DNA from: Planctomycetota bacterium
GTDB taxonomy: Bacteria; Planctomycetota; UBA11346
Direction: 5' to 3'
Assembly: GCA_038213805.1 (NCBI GenBank)
Contig: JBBQSO010000039.1
Location: 1-47,952 of the forward strand
DNA length: 47,952 nucleotides
Position numbers and translations under genes: made by a program. The notes under the pieces are model-generated. The model made no database searches. It was not told the DNA's origin and saw only the letters and a program-made list of their open reading frames with translations. How positions within the stretch are numbered: the first letter of the stretch is position 1; every line of letters starts with the position of its first letter. Positions 9,379 to 18,489 of the stretch are shown piece after piece.

Positions 9379-9508
9379 AGTGCGGAGTGCGGGGATATCC
9401 GGAAGCTCTCTGATGAACCGGCGCGTTGCGCATCTGACCACGTTGGACCAAGCGCCCGACGCGGGAAGCGCCACGCACTCCACACTCCGCACTCCGCACT
9501 CCGCACCC
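9379..9508. repeat. inverted tandem-repeat element, GTGCGGA unit
   Basis: AGTGCGGAGTGCGGGG (9379-9394) versus CCACGCACTCCACACTCCGCACTCCGCACTCCGCACCC (9471-9508). Confidence 0.8.
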
Positions 9509-9543
9509 TCCGCCGTCCACCCCTGCAGCGCGGTCCGGCGGCT

Positions 9544-10029
9544 TCACTTCGGCGCGACGCCGCGATGCTCCCGCGCGATGCGGTCGAGGACGCCATTGAC
9601 CAGCTTCGCGGTCTTGGCGTCGCTGCCGAACTGCTTGGCCAGCTCGATGTACTCGTTAATCGCGACCTTGGGCGGGGTGTCGGCGCAGTAGAGCAGCTCG
9701 TAAGCGCCCAGGCGCAGCACCGCGCGGTCGGCGACAGCCAGGCGGTGGATGGTCCAGTTATCCAGGCGCTGGTCGACCGCCGCATCGACCGCCGGACGTT
9801 CGGCCGCGAAGCCGCGGAACAGGGTGAGCGCGAAGGCCTGGGCCTCGGGATCGAGGCCCTCGCTGGCGTCGGTCGGCAGCAGCATGCCATCGTCGACGTA
9901 GCGGTTCTGTTCGAAGCTGTAAAGCAGCTGCAGGGCGAGCTCGCGACCGCGGGTGCGCAGCGCGCTGCGGCCGCGCGGGTTGGCGAGGCGGCCGGTGCCG
10001 GTGCCGGAAGTGGTGCTGGGTTCGTTCAT
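9544..10029 (-). CDS. nusB: transcription antitermination factor NusB
   Basis: RTRGRELALQLLY, DRAVLRLGAYEL, PPKVAINEYIELAKQF, VNGVLD; lies downstream of ribH. Confidence 0.95.
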   Translation of the reverse strand: MNEPSTTSGTGTGRLANPRGRSALRTRGRELALQLLYSFEQNRYVDDGMLLPTDASEGLDPEAQAFALTLFRGFAAERPAVDAAVDQRLDNWTIHRLAVADRAVLRLGAYELLYCADTPPKVAINEYIELAKQFGSDAKTAKLVNGVLDRIAREHRGVAPK

Positions 10030-10043
10030 CGCTGCGGTCCGGC

Positions 10044-10511
10044 TCAGATGCCGCCGAGCAGATTGACCATCTCGAGCGCCGCCAGGGCGGCATCGACACC
10101 CTTGTTGCCGGCCTTGAGCCCGGCGCGGGCCTGGGCCTGATCGGTGGTGTCGGTGGTCAGCACGCCCATGGAGACCGGCACCTCGGAGGCGAGACTGATC
10201 GCGGCCAGGCCCTTGGCGCACTCGCCCGCGACGTAGTCGAAGTGCGGGGTCTCGCCGCGGATCACGCAGCCGAGCGCGACGATGGCATCGTACTTGGCGC
10301 TGGCGGCGAGCTTCTTGACCAGCAGGGGCAGCTCCCACGCGCCCGGACAGCGCGCCACCACGATGTCTGTGTCCTTGACTCCGTGACGGACCAGCGCATC
10401 GATCGCGCCGGCCACCAGCTGCTCGACGATCGCGCCGTTGAAGCGGCCGGCCGCAATGGCGAAACGCCGGCCCTCGCCGTGGAGATCGCCTGCGATGCTG
10501 GAACTGGCCAT
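10044..10511 (-). CDS. ribH: 6,7-dimethyl-8-ribityllumazine synthase
   Basis: [39 protein letters not shown] at 10511. Confidence 0.97.
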   Translation of the reverse strand: MASSSIAGDLHGEGRRFAIAAGRFNGAIVEQLVAGAIDALVRHGVKDTDIVVARCPGAWELPLLVKKLAASAKYDAIVALGCVIRGETPHFDYVAGECAKGLAAISLASEVPVSMGVLTTDTTDQAQARAGLKAGNKGVDAALAALEMVNLLGGI

Positions 10512-10592
10512 GGTCGGGACCCCGGGTGCGGCGCGCAGCGTATGGCCGGTTGCAGGGTGGCCAGCGTCAATCGGGGGCTTGAAGGCCCCGAT

Positions 10593-10794
10593 GGCTGACG
10601 GCTGACGGCCGAAGACAGATAGAACAGGAGTGACGCGGAGACGCGGAGATCGGAAGGAGGTAGACATCGGGTTCGCCTGACGGATCCCGGAAGCAGAGGC
10701 CGCTCAGCCCGGGCTGTTCTCCTCCGGTCTCTGCGCCTCCGCGCCTTGTTCTATCGGCGGTCGGTTGTCGGCGGTTGGCTCCAACCCGTCAGCC
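10593..10794. repeat. nested inverted tandem-repeat element (outer GCTGACG, inner ACGCGGAG)
   Basis: Outer arms GGCTGACGGCTGACGG (10593-) and CCGTCAGCC (10786-10794). Inner arms GATAGAACA...GACGCGGAGACGCGGAGA (10618-10649) and TCTCTGCGCCTCCGCGCCTTGTTCTATC (to 10755). Confidence 0.8.
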
Positions 10795-10801
10795 CCTCCA
10801 T

Positions 10802-12424
10802 TCACTTCTTCAAATCCGCCCCGAACCGCTCCATGACCTTGCGGATCGGAATGGCCAGCGACATCGAATCCCCGTGGCCGCCGGCGTCCTCGGGGTTCAA
10901 CACCCGGCTGTTGATGCCGATGACCGCGCCGCTCGCCTGGTCGATGAGCGGGCCGCCGCTGTTGCCGCTGGCGATCTTGCAATCGTGCTGCAGCCACTGC
11001 GCGACCGCCCCCTGGTGGCGCACCGCGTTGAGACTGCCGCGCGAGACCACGATGTCGCTGGGCGACGTCTTGAGCGAGGCCGCGAAGGCGGAGGCAAGCG
11101 GAAAGCCGACTGCCAGGGTCGGCCGCGACAGTTCATAGACCTCCTTGAGTTCGAGGGCGGTGAATGGCCCGTCGCCGGCGGCGGCGAGCAGGGCGAGATC
11201 GTCTTCGGGCAGCACGCGCAGCACGCGCAGGTGGGCCGGCGCGTGGTGCACGGCCCCGTCCCACAACGCCGTGATGTCGCCGGTGCCATCGCCGACCACG
11301 TGCGCGTTGGTCACCAGCAGCCCGCCACGGGTGACGAAGAAGCCGGTACCGGTGCCGCGGCCGGCGACGTGCACCAGCACCACCGCGTTCTTGAGCGTGG
11401 CCTCGAAGCCGGTCGGCGCCGGGCCGGCATCGCCGGCGGACTGCGCGCCGAGCACGGCGGCCGAGCCGGCCGAGCCGGCCGAGCCGACGCGGCCCGCCGC
11501 CTGGGATTTCAACCGCTCGAGTTCCGCGCCGCTCGCGCTGCGCTCCTTCTCCAGGGTGTCGATCTCGGCGGCGATCCGGGCTTGCGCCCGCTCCTGGGCC
11601 TGGTCCTCGGCGAGCAGCGCAGCGCGCGCCGCGAGCTGGCGGTTGAAATCATCCACCGCCGCGTTGCAGGCGTCGTTGGCGTCGTCGTACGTCTTGCGCG
11701 TCACCGGGCTGGGCCGGCCGACGCTGCGCACTTCGCCGTTGACGCCCTCGGTGGCGGCGTTCAGTGCGCGCTTGCGCAGTTCCACCTCCTCATTGGCCTT
11801 GACGATGGCCACCTCGGCGGCCTGACCGGCCTTGGCGATGGTGGCGCGCCGCCGGTCGATCTGCTCGATGCGCTCGCGGCGATCGGCCATCCCCGAGACC
11901 GCGCGATCCGCGCGCGCCTTGAGATTGCCGGCAGCGGCGGTGCTGAGCACGTCGCCCTCGGCAGGCCGCTCGTCTGCGCGCGCCTGATCGTGGCCCTGTT
12001 GGGTGGCCTGCTCCTTGGCCGCGGTGCGGGCCTCGGCGAGCAGATGCTGCAACGTGGCTTCAGTGGCGTCAGCAGGTGCCTCGATGGCGTGGCGCCCGCT
12101 CAGCTCATGGCGCAGGCGGGCGATACGGTCGCGCGCCAGCGCCTGCTCGTCGGCATCGCCACCACTGATGGCGCTAGCCGCGCCAGGCACGCCAACGGTC
12201 TTCCAGTAAAGGGCGTTGAGCTCCTCCAGGGAGGCGCTCTCTGGCACCTGGACGTGCAGGGTGGTGCGCAGGTGGTCGATCAGCGCAAGACGCTCGCCCA
12301 GCCCGAAGGCATCCTCGACCGGCGGCTTGGGGAGGGCTTCAGCCGCCCATCCGCACCCAGCAGCGGAAAGCAGCGCCAAGACTGCCAGACCGGCCAGATG
12401 CGTGGGCAGGGCAGGGGTGAACAT
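10802..12424 (-). CDS. exported trypsin-like (S1) serine protease with N-terminal coiled coil
   Basis: Signal-like N-terminus and Ala/Glu/Arg helical region; catalytic TNAHVV, DLALL and GNSGGP; no PDZ domain. Confidence 0.85.
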   Translation of the reverse strand: MFTPALPTHLAGLAVLALLSAAGCGWAAEALPKPPVEDAFGLGERLALIDHLRTTLHVQVPESASLEELNALYWKTVGVPGAASAISGGDADEQALARDRIARLRHELSGRHAIEAPADATEATLQHLLAEARTAAKEQATQQGHDQARADERPAEGDVLSTAAAGNLKARADRAVSGMADRRERIEQIDRRRATIAKAGQAAEVAIVKANEEVELRKRALNAATEGVNGEVRSVGRPSPVTRKTYDDANDACNAAVDDFNRQLAARAALLAEDQAQERAQARIAAEIDTLEKERSASGAELERLKSQAAGRVGSAGSAGSAAVLGAQSAGDAGPAPTGFEATLKNAVVLVHVAGRGTGTGFFVTRGGLLVTNAHVVGDGTGDITALWDGAVHHAPAHLRVLRVLPEDDLALLAAAGDGPFTALELKEVYELSRPTLAVGFPLASAFAASLKTSPSDIVVSRGSLNAVRHQGAVAQWLQHDCKIASGNSGGPLIDQASGAVIGINSRVLNPEDAGGHGDSMSLAIPIRKVMERFGADLKK

Positions 12425-12751
12425 GGGCAAGTGTGGATCAGCACTTCACCCCGCGCAACCGCACCCGGGCCATCATCAGACAGTCCCCGACCCATGCCGC
12501 TTCAAGCGGGGACTCCGCACCCCCGCGCAGCTTCGCCGTTTCGTTCTTGGCCCAAGCCGCCCAAGGAGCTATGCTTTGTCGGGTGGGGCCTTCGAGGGCC
12601 TCGTGAACTCCGCCCGTCGATGCCATCATCCGGCGCTTACCACGACCCTACCGGCGCAAGTCGACCCCAACCACTGACCCCACGCCCGGTGCCTCTCACT
12701 TTCCGCAGTCCGCCGCTCCATCCCTCCCCTCCCACTCGCTCCGCTCCCCCC

Positions 12752-13660
12752 ATGACCCGCACCCTTTACGTCACCTGCCCCGCTTACGCCCTGCACGGCC
12801 CCCTGGACCGGCAGAAGGTGCAGGAGAGCGCGACGTGGTTCGCCAAGGAATTCGGCCTGGAGGTGGTGATCTCGCCGCTGCTCGACCGGCACATGGGCCA
12901 GGGCGCGTGGCTGCCCCAGGCGGAGCGCCAAGCAGATCTGGAGCGCGCCGTCGACCATACCGCCATTTGGGCCTGCCGTGGCGGTTTCGGATCCATCCAC
13001 CTGATTGAGGGCCTGCTCAAGCTGCAGCCGGCGACGGTACCCTACCTGATCGGCTACAGCGACATCACCGTGCTGCAGACCGCGTGGCACGTGCGGGGCT
13101 GGCAGCTGGGCTGCTATGGCACCATCCCGAACCGCACCCAGGGACGCAGCGGCGCCACGCTGTTCGCCCTGGCGCACGGCCAGGGCTGGAAGCGCAGCCA
13201 GGCCGGCGACCCCGGAGTGCGCGTGCTGCGCGCCGGACACGCGGAAGGGCCGCTCTTCCCAGCCTGCCTGAGCGTGTTGGCGAGCCTGTGCGGGACCGCC
13301 GTGCAGCCCGACCTGCGCGGGCGCATCCTCGCCATCGAAGACGTCGACGTGCACCCGTTCCTGATTGACACCCACCTCAACCAGCTGCACCTCGCCGGCG
13401 TCCTGGATGGCATAGTCGGGTTGACCGGCGGGTCGTTCCCATCGAATGAGCGCGTCGATTACGTCGGTCCAAGCAGCGACGACATCCTCGCGGTCTGGGG
13501 CGAACGGCTGCGCATCCCGACCATCGCACGGCTGCCCTATGGCCATATGGATGACCCGCTGGTGCTGCCCTATGGCCACATCACCACCCTGACGGCGCGG
13601 CGCAGCGGCACGTGGTCGCTGGCGGTGGCGCCCAGCCCAGACCCCATGCCCTGGGCCTGA
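12752..13660 (+). CDS. S66 peptidase (LD-carboxypeptidase LdcA/MccF family)
   Basis: WACRGGFG, LIGYSDIT (Ser), LAIEDV (Glu), PYGH (His). ATG at 12752. Confidence 0.88.
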   Translation: MTRTLYVTCPAYALHGPLDRQKVQESATWFAKEFGLEVVISPLLDRHMGQGAWLPQAERQADLERAVDHTAIWACRGGFGSIHLIEGLLKLQPATVPYLIGYSDITVLQTAWHVRGWQLGCYGTIPNRTQGRSGATLFALAHGQGWKRSQAGDPGVRVLRAGHAEGPLFPACLSVLASLCGTAVQPDLRGRILAIEDVDVHPFLIDTHLNQLHLAGVLDGIVGLTGGSFPSNERVDYVGPSSDDILAVWGERLRIPTIARLPYGHMDDPLVLPYGHITTLTARRSGTWSLAVAPSPDPMPWA

Positions 13661-13727
13661 ACATGCCGCGCCGCACGGCCGTTCCCGGGGCTCGCAATGG
13701 CGGCCGCGCGACCATGCTGGAGCGCGC

Positions 13728-14873
13728 ATGACCGTCCCCGCCACCGAGCGCTACGTCCAGCTGCGCCGCGACCTGCACCGCCGACCGGAGCTGATGTGGG
13801 CCGAGCATGGCACCACCGCGACCGTACGCGACGAGCTCGACCGCCTCGGCATCCCGTGGCAGCCGTGCACCGAGACCGGCACCATCGCCCGCCTCGCGCC
13901 GCATGCCTCCGGTCGCCACATCGCCTTCCGCGCCGACCTCGAAGCGCTGCCGCTCGCCGAACTCACCGGTCTGCGCTGGGCCAGCCAGCACCCCGGCTGC
14001 ATTCACGCCTGCGGTCACGACGGCCACACCGCCAGCCTGCTCGCCGCCGCCGCCCACCTCAAGGCGCGCGAGGCGGAGCTGCCCGGACCGGTCAGTCTGA
14101 TCTTCCAGCCCGCTGAAGAGGGCGGTCACGGCGCTCTGCGCATGATCGAGGCCGGCGCGCTGGACGGCATCGCCGAGATCTACGGCTACCACAACTGGCC
14201 GCCCTTTCCCTTCGGATCAGCGGTGTGCGCGGCCGGGCCGGTCTTCGGCGCCAATGGCGAGTGGACAGCGACCATCACCGGCCGCGGCGGTCACGCCAGC
14301 CAGCCGCACCAGACCATCGATCCGATCGTCACCGGCGCCAACTTCGTGGTTCTCGCCCAGCAGATCGTCAGCCGCCAGGTCGCGCCCCAGGAGTCGGCGG
14401 TGGTGAGCGTCACCTGCTTCCACGGCGGCACCGCCGACAACATCATCCCCGACGCGGTCGAGCTGACCGGCACGGTGCGCGCGGCTACCACCGCGCAGCG
14501 CGACGACCTTGCCCAGCGCGTGGCGGCGACGCTGCAAGCCGCCTGCACCGCGAGCGGCGCGCACGGCGCGTTCGATTACCGCCCCTGCTACCCGGCCACC
14601 GTCAACCACGCCGGCCCGGCGGTGCGCGCCGCCGCCGCGGCCAGCGCCGTGCTCGGCGCGGACCACCTGATCACTACCGGGCTGCCGCTGATGGCCGCCG
14701 AGGATTTCGGCTACTACCTGACGCGCATCCCGGGCTGCTACGTGCTGCTCGGCGCCGGCCGCCCGGGCGAGACTTTGGAGCCCTGCCACAGCCCGCGCTT
14801 CGACTACAACGACGCGCTGATCCCGGTCGTGGTGCGGCTGTGGGCGCGGCTCGCGGGGCTGGCCGAGGGCTGA
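13728..14873 (+). CDS. M20D amidohydrolase
   Basis: RRDLHRRPEL, RADLEALP, HACGHDGH, FQPAEEG, GRGGHAS, AEDF, HSPRFD. Confidence 0.92.
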   Translation: MTVPATERYVQLRRDLHRRPELMWAEHGTTATVRDELDRLGIPWQPCTETGTIARLAPHASGRHIAFRADLEALPLAELTGLRWASQHPGCIHACGHDGHTASLLAAAAHLKAREAELPGPVSLIFQPAEEGGHGALRMIEAGALDGIAEIYGYHNWPPFPFGSAVCAAGPVFGANGEWTATITGRGGHASQPHQTIDPIVTGANFVVLAQQIVSRQVAPQESAVVSVTCFHGGTADNIIPDAVELTGTVRAATTAQRDDLAQRVAATLQAACTASGAHGAFDYRPCYPATVNHAGPAVRAAAAASAVLGADHLITTGLPLMAAEDFGYYLTRIPGCYVLLGAGRPGETLEPCHSPRFDYNDALIPVVVRLWARLAGLAEG

Positions 14874-14996
14874 GCTTCCGGAATCGGACGATGTACAGGC
14901 GCTTCGTTTTGCAGTCGCGGCTATGGCCTCTTCGCGGTGGCGATCTTTTGCAACGAGCACGGATCTGAGCGGTTTACCGTGCCGGCCGTGCTCGCT

Positions 14997-15323
14997 TCAA
15001 GAAGTCTCTGCCGCGATCCAGGCCAGGTAATCGGGGCTGCCGTCGACCACCGGGACGGCCACCAGACAGGGCACGGTAGACGTGTGCAGCTGCTTGACCC
15101 GGGCACTCAACGTGGGCACTCGCCCGGCCACGGTTTTGAGGATGAGCACGGTTTCTTCGGCACTCTCGATCACGCCCTGCCAGCGGTAGAGCGAGCGCAT
15201 GCCCGGAATGATATTGGCGCAAGCGGCGAGGCGCTCTTCGACCAGCTGACGGGCGATCGCTTCGGCCTGGGCGGAATCGTTACAAGTGATGTAGACTAGG
15301 ACCGCGGCGGGGCTTCCGGACAT
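14997..15323 (-). CDS. cutA: divalent-cation tolerance protein CutA
   Basis: LVEERLAACANI...SLYRWQG...LILKT...HT..VP; CAGGAGG Shine-Dalgarno upstream of ATG 15323. Confidence 0.92.
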   Translation of the reverse strand: MSGSPAAVLVYITCNDSAQAEAIARQLVEERLAACANIIPGMRSLYRWQGVIESAEETVLILKTVAGRVPTLSARVKQLHTSTVPCLVAVPVVDGSPDYLAWIAAETS

Positions 15324-15511
15324 CGTCGCGACCTCCTGCGAGCGCTTCGCAGGATTGGTCACTTTCGGTGGTGTCAAGTCGGTTCGCGGAGCGGAATTAC
15401 GACCCCGGAACGAGGCGGGAATGCTGCTCAATTGAAGCTTGGAAAGCCCCTCCTCACGGGTACGAGAGTCACCGAACACCGGACACGGCGGGACGCACCC
15501 CGCAGGACCCT

Positions 15512-16762
15512 ATGCGCACCAAGATCCTGGCCTTCGTCATGGCGGGCGGCAAAGGCACCCGCCTGGAGCCCCTCACCCACACCCGCGCCAAGCCGTCGGT
15601 GCCCTTCGGTGGCAAATACCGGATCATCGACTTCGTACTCTCCAACCTGGTCAACTCGGGCATCTACGGCACCTACGTGCTGACCCAGTTCAGAAGCCAG
15701 AGCCTGACCGAGCACCTGCTCTCGACGTGGAACTTCGGCGCCGTGCTCGGCGACCACTTCATCACCCCGGTGCCCGCCCAGCAGCGCACCGGCGAGCACT
15801 GGTACCAGGGCACCGCCGACGCGATCTTCCAGAATTTCAACCTGATGCGCGACCACAAGCCGGAGCTGGTCGCGGTGTTCGGCGGCGATCATATTTTCAA
15901 GATGAACGTCGAGGAGATGGTCGCCTTCCACTCCTCCACGCGTGCCGACGTCAGCATCGCCGCCATCCCCGTCCCGATCGCCGAGGCCGACCAGTTCGGC
16001 ATCATCGAGGTCGACGAGAATTGGCGCATCACCGGCTTCCAGGAGAAGCCCAAGGTCAACCCCAAGACCATCCCCGGTTCGCCGGACATGGTCCTGGCGT
16101 CGATGGGCAACTACATCTTCACCAGCAACGTGCTGCTCGACTCGCTGAAGAAAGACGCCGAACAGCTGGAGTCGAGCCACGATTTCGGCAAGAACATCCT
16201 GCCCACCCTGCTCGCGGGTGGCAGCCGGCTGTTCGCCTACGACTTTCGCCGCAACCGCATCCCCGGCTCGAACAACGCGGTCAACGACTCCTACTGGCGT
16301 GACGTCGGCACCCTCGAAGCCTACTACGAGGCCTCGATGGACCTGCGCGCGGTGATGCCGCAGCTCGACCTCTACAACCAGGAATGGCCGATCCGTAGCG
16401 CCCAGTACGACTACCCGCCGGCCAAGTTCGTGCACAACGCCGAGGGCCGCGTCGGCCAGGCCGTGCAGTCGATCGTCTGCGAGGGCTCCATCGTCTCAGG
16501 CGGCAACGTCTCCGACTCGATCATCGGCCGCCGCTGCCGCATCAACAGCTACTCCGACGTCCAGGCGAGCGTGCTCATGGACGGGGTCGAGATCGGCCGC
16601 GGCGCCAAGGTGCGCCGCGCGATCATCGATAAGAATGCCATCATCCCGCCCAACGACGTCATCGGCTACAACCCCGAAGAGGATGCCAAGCGTTTCACTG
16701 TCACCGAGTCCGGCATCGTGGTCATCGCCAAGGACCACATCATCCAGCCGATGAAGCGCTGA
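15512..16762 (+). CDS. glgC: glucose-1-phosphate adenylyltransferase
   Basis: MAGGKGTRLEPLT, AKPSVPFGGKYRIIDF, WYQGTADA, FQEKP, SMGNYIF, DFGKNI, YWRDVGT. Confidence 0.97.
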   Translation: MRTKILAFVMAGGKGTRLEPLTHTRAKPSVPFGGKYRIIDFVLSNLVNSGIYGTYVLTQFRSQSLTEHLLSTWNFGAVLGDHFITPVPAQQRTGEHWYQGTADAIFQNFNLMRDHKPELVAVFGGDHIFKMNVEEMVAFHSSTRADVSIAAIPVPIAEADQFGIIEVDENWRITGFQEKPKVNPKTIPGSPDMVLASMGNYIFTSNVLLDSLKKDAEQLESSHDFGKNILPTLLAGGSRLFAYDFRRNRIPGSNNAVNDSYWRDVGTLEAYYEASMDLRAVMPQLDLYNQEWPIRSAQYDYPPAKFVHNAEGRVGQAVQSIVCEGSIVSGGNVSDSIIGRRCRINSYSDVQASVLMDGVEIGRGAKVRRAIIDKNAIIPPNDVIGYNPEEDAKRFTVTESGIVVIAKDHIIQPMKR

Positions 16763-16792
16763 GCGCGCCCACCGCGCTCGCGAACCACCACC

Positions 16793-17299
16793 ATGCCCAC
16801 CAGCCACGCCGCCGACCTGCCTGAAGGCCCGCTGCCGACCGACCGTACGGGCGCCAATGACGTGGTAGTGTATTCGCTGACCGCGCACGCCATTTGCGCG
16901 ATGGACAGGCACAAGTGGATCGAGAGCGAGAAGGCCGGTCACGACCTTGGCGACGGTGTGCATAAGGACTGGATCGACCGCTTCTGGAAGGGCTGGACGC
17001 GCTCCAAGCTCATGGAGCATTTGTACGGCTGGCGCTGCTGGGGCGCGTTCGAGGAGGAGGACTTCGCGCTGCTCACCCGCGCAACTGTCGACTACCACGT
17101 GCCGCGCGCAGTATTGCTGGCGGTCGCCGGGATCCTCGGCGAGGGTGGTGAGAACCTCGACGTCATCGCCTGGGCGCAGTCCGGCAACCACGACCTGGAC
17201 CAGATCCTGTGGCTGCTCGACCGCATCGACATCAACGCCAAGCGCCACCGCCTGCTCACCGACCACATCCGCCTCTTCATCGACAGGAGCCAGCCATGA
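16793..17299 (+). CDS. conserved hypothetical protein with a DUF4032-like HKWIESEKAGHDLG motif
   Basis: Typical codon usage. The stop overlaps the next start (ATGA). Motif recognised from memory. Confidence 0.75.
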   Translation: MPTSHAADLPEGPLPTDRTGANDVVVYSLTAHAICAMDRHKWIESEKAGHDLGDGVHKDWIDRFWKGWTRSKLMEHLYGWRCWGAFEEEDFALLTRATVDYHVPRAVLLAVAGILGEGGENLDVIAWAQSGNHDLDQILWLLDRIDINAKRHRLLTDHIRLFIDRSQP

Positions 17300-18177
17300 A
17301 AGCCGACCAGCTGCAGCACATGACGGTCAAGGAGCTGCGCAGCTTGGCCGCCCAGCTCGGCGTCGCCAAGGCCGGCCGCATGCTTAAGGATGAACTCATC
17401 GCCGCGCTCAGCCCCAAGCCTGCCGGCGCCAAGAAGACGAGCGAAGCCAACCCACGCGCCACCAAGCCCGCGGCCCGCCCGGCACCGCGCCGCACGCGCA
17501 AGCGCGCCTCCTTCACCGCGCCGAGCGGTGTTCAGTCCAGCACGGCACTCGTCAGTTCCGCCCCGGCGCAGACCGCAACCGCAAAAACGCCGATCGCCGC
17601 CGCCGCGCCCGCGGGCCTCGCCATCCCCGAGCAGTACGGCCGCGACCGCCTGGTGCTGCTGGTCCAGGATCCGCACCATATCTTTGCCTATTGGGAGCTC
17701 CGTCCCGAGACCCTCGGACGCGCCCAAGCCCAGGCGGGCGGCACCGGCACGCCGGTACTGGTGCTGCGTAGCGGCGGCACCGCAGAGTACCGCGAGGTCG
17801 ATCTGCGCGGTGGCAACTACTACTTGGCGGTCGCGCCCAGCGGCAGCTACGCGGCCGAACTCGCCCTGCGCGACAGCAAGGGTCATCTGCACGCGCTCGC
17901 CGCCTCCAACACCGTCGCCACCCCTGCGCCGACCGTCTCGACCCGCGTCGACGAGCAGTGGCTGGGCGTCGATGAGACCTTCGATGAACTGCTTGAGTTG
18001 GCCGGCCTGCCGGGACAGGCGCGCACGTATAGCAGCATCAACGCCGCACGCCTGGCAGAGCGGCGTCAGACCAACTGGACCTGGCAGGATGCCAGCACGG
18101 GGCCTGGCCCCGACACCAGCTGGTCCAGCCACTCGCTGTCGAGCCATTCGCTGGGCAGCGGCAGCCTGGTGCGGTGA
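17296..18177 (+). CDS. DUF4912 protein with Rho-N-like N-terminal helix
   Basis: LQHMTVKELRSLAAQLGV...KDELIAAL; IPEQYGRDRLVLLVQDPHHIFAYWE; SNTV.TP; AGGAG Shine-Dalgarno. Confidence 0.88.
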   Translation: MKADQLQHMTVKELRSLAAQLGVAKAGRMLKDELIAALSPKPAGAKKTSEANPRATKPAARPAPRRTRKRASFTAPSGVQSSTALVSSAPAQTATAKTPIAAAAPAGLAIPEQYGRDRLVLLVQDPHHIFAYWELRPETLGRAQAQAGGTGTPVLVLRSGGTAEYREVDLRGGNYYLAVAPSGSYAAELALRDSKGHLHALAASNTVATPAPTVSTRVDEQWLGVDETFDELLELAGLPGQARTYSSINAARLAERRQTNWTWQDASTGPGPDTSWSSHSLSSHSLGSGSLVR

Positions 18178-18186
18178 AGGCTGGCA

Positions 18187-18319
18187 GCTGACGGCTGACG
18201 GCTGACGGCTGACGGCCCCGGATCTAGCGCGTCGCGCTTGATCCGCATGTCCCTTCAAGACCGCTGATTGCTCTGATCGCGTCACCGACCTCTGACCAAC
18301 GAGCTGCCCGCCGTCAGCC
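18187..18319. repeat. inverted tandem-repeat element, GCTGACG unit
   Basis: (GCTGACG)4 at 18187-18214 and a short inverted arm GCCGTCAGCC at 18310-18319, with degenerate CTCTGA-type units between. Confidence 0.75.
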
Positions 18320-18489
18320 ATTGGCCGAGCCCGGCCCCGCCGTGCTCAAGCGTCACCCACGCCCCCACCCAACCGACGGGCTGCATCAACGAATCCCATT
18401 GCCGTACCCATTGGCCAGGGCACCGTGGCCGACCCGGTCGGACCTCCGCCCCATCCCCGAACGCGCAGCCCACGAGGCGCGCCACCACC

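Noticed and set aside
10512..10800. FMN riboswitch upstream of ribH
   Set aside because: No RFN conserved motifs seen; the structure is explained by nested repeats.
10775..12751. Long N-terminal extension of the S66 peptidase ORF
   Set aside because: It is antisense to the protease gene; S66 similarity starts at ATG 12752.
12721..12751. Potential minus-strand G-quadruplex before the S66 start
   Set aside because: One long loop, and such runs are expected at this GC content; no independent support.
18187..18214. Tandem repeats as a CRISPR array
   Set aside because: Units are 7-8 nt with no spacers, and there are no cas genes.
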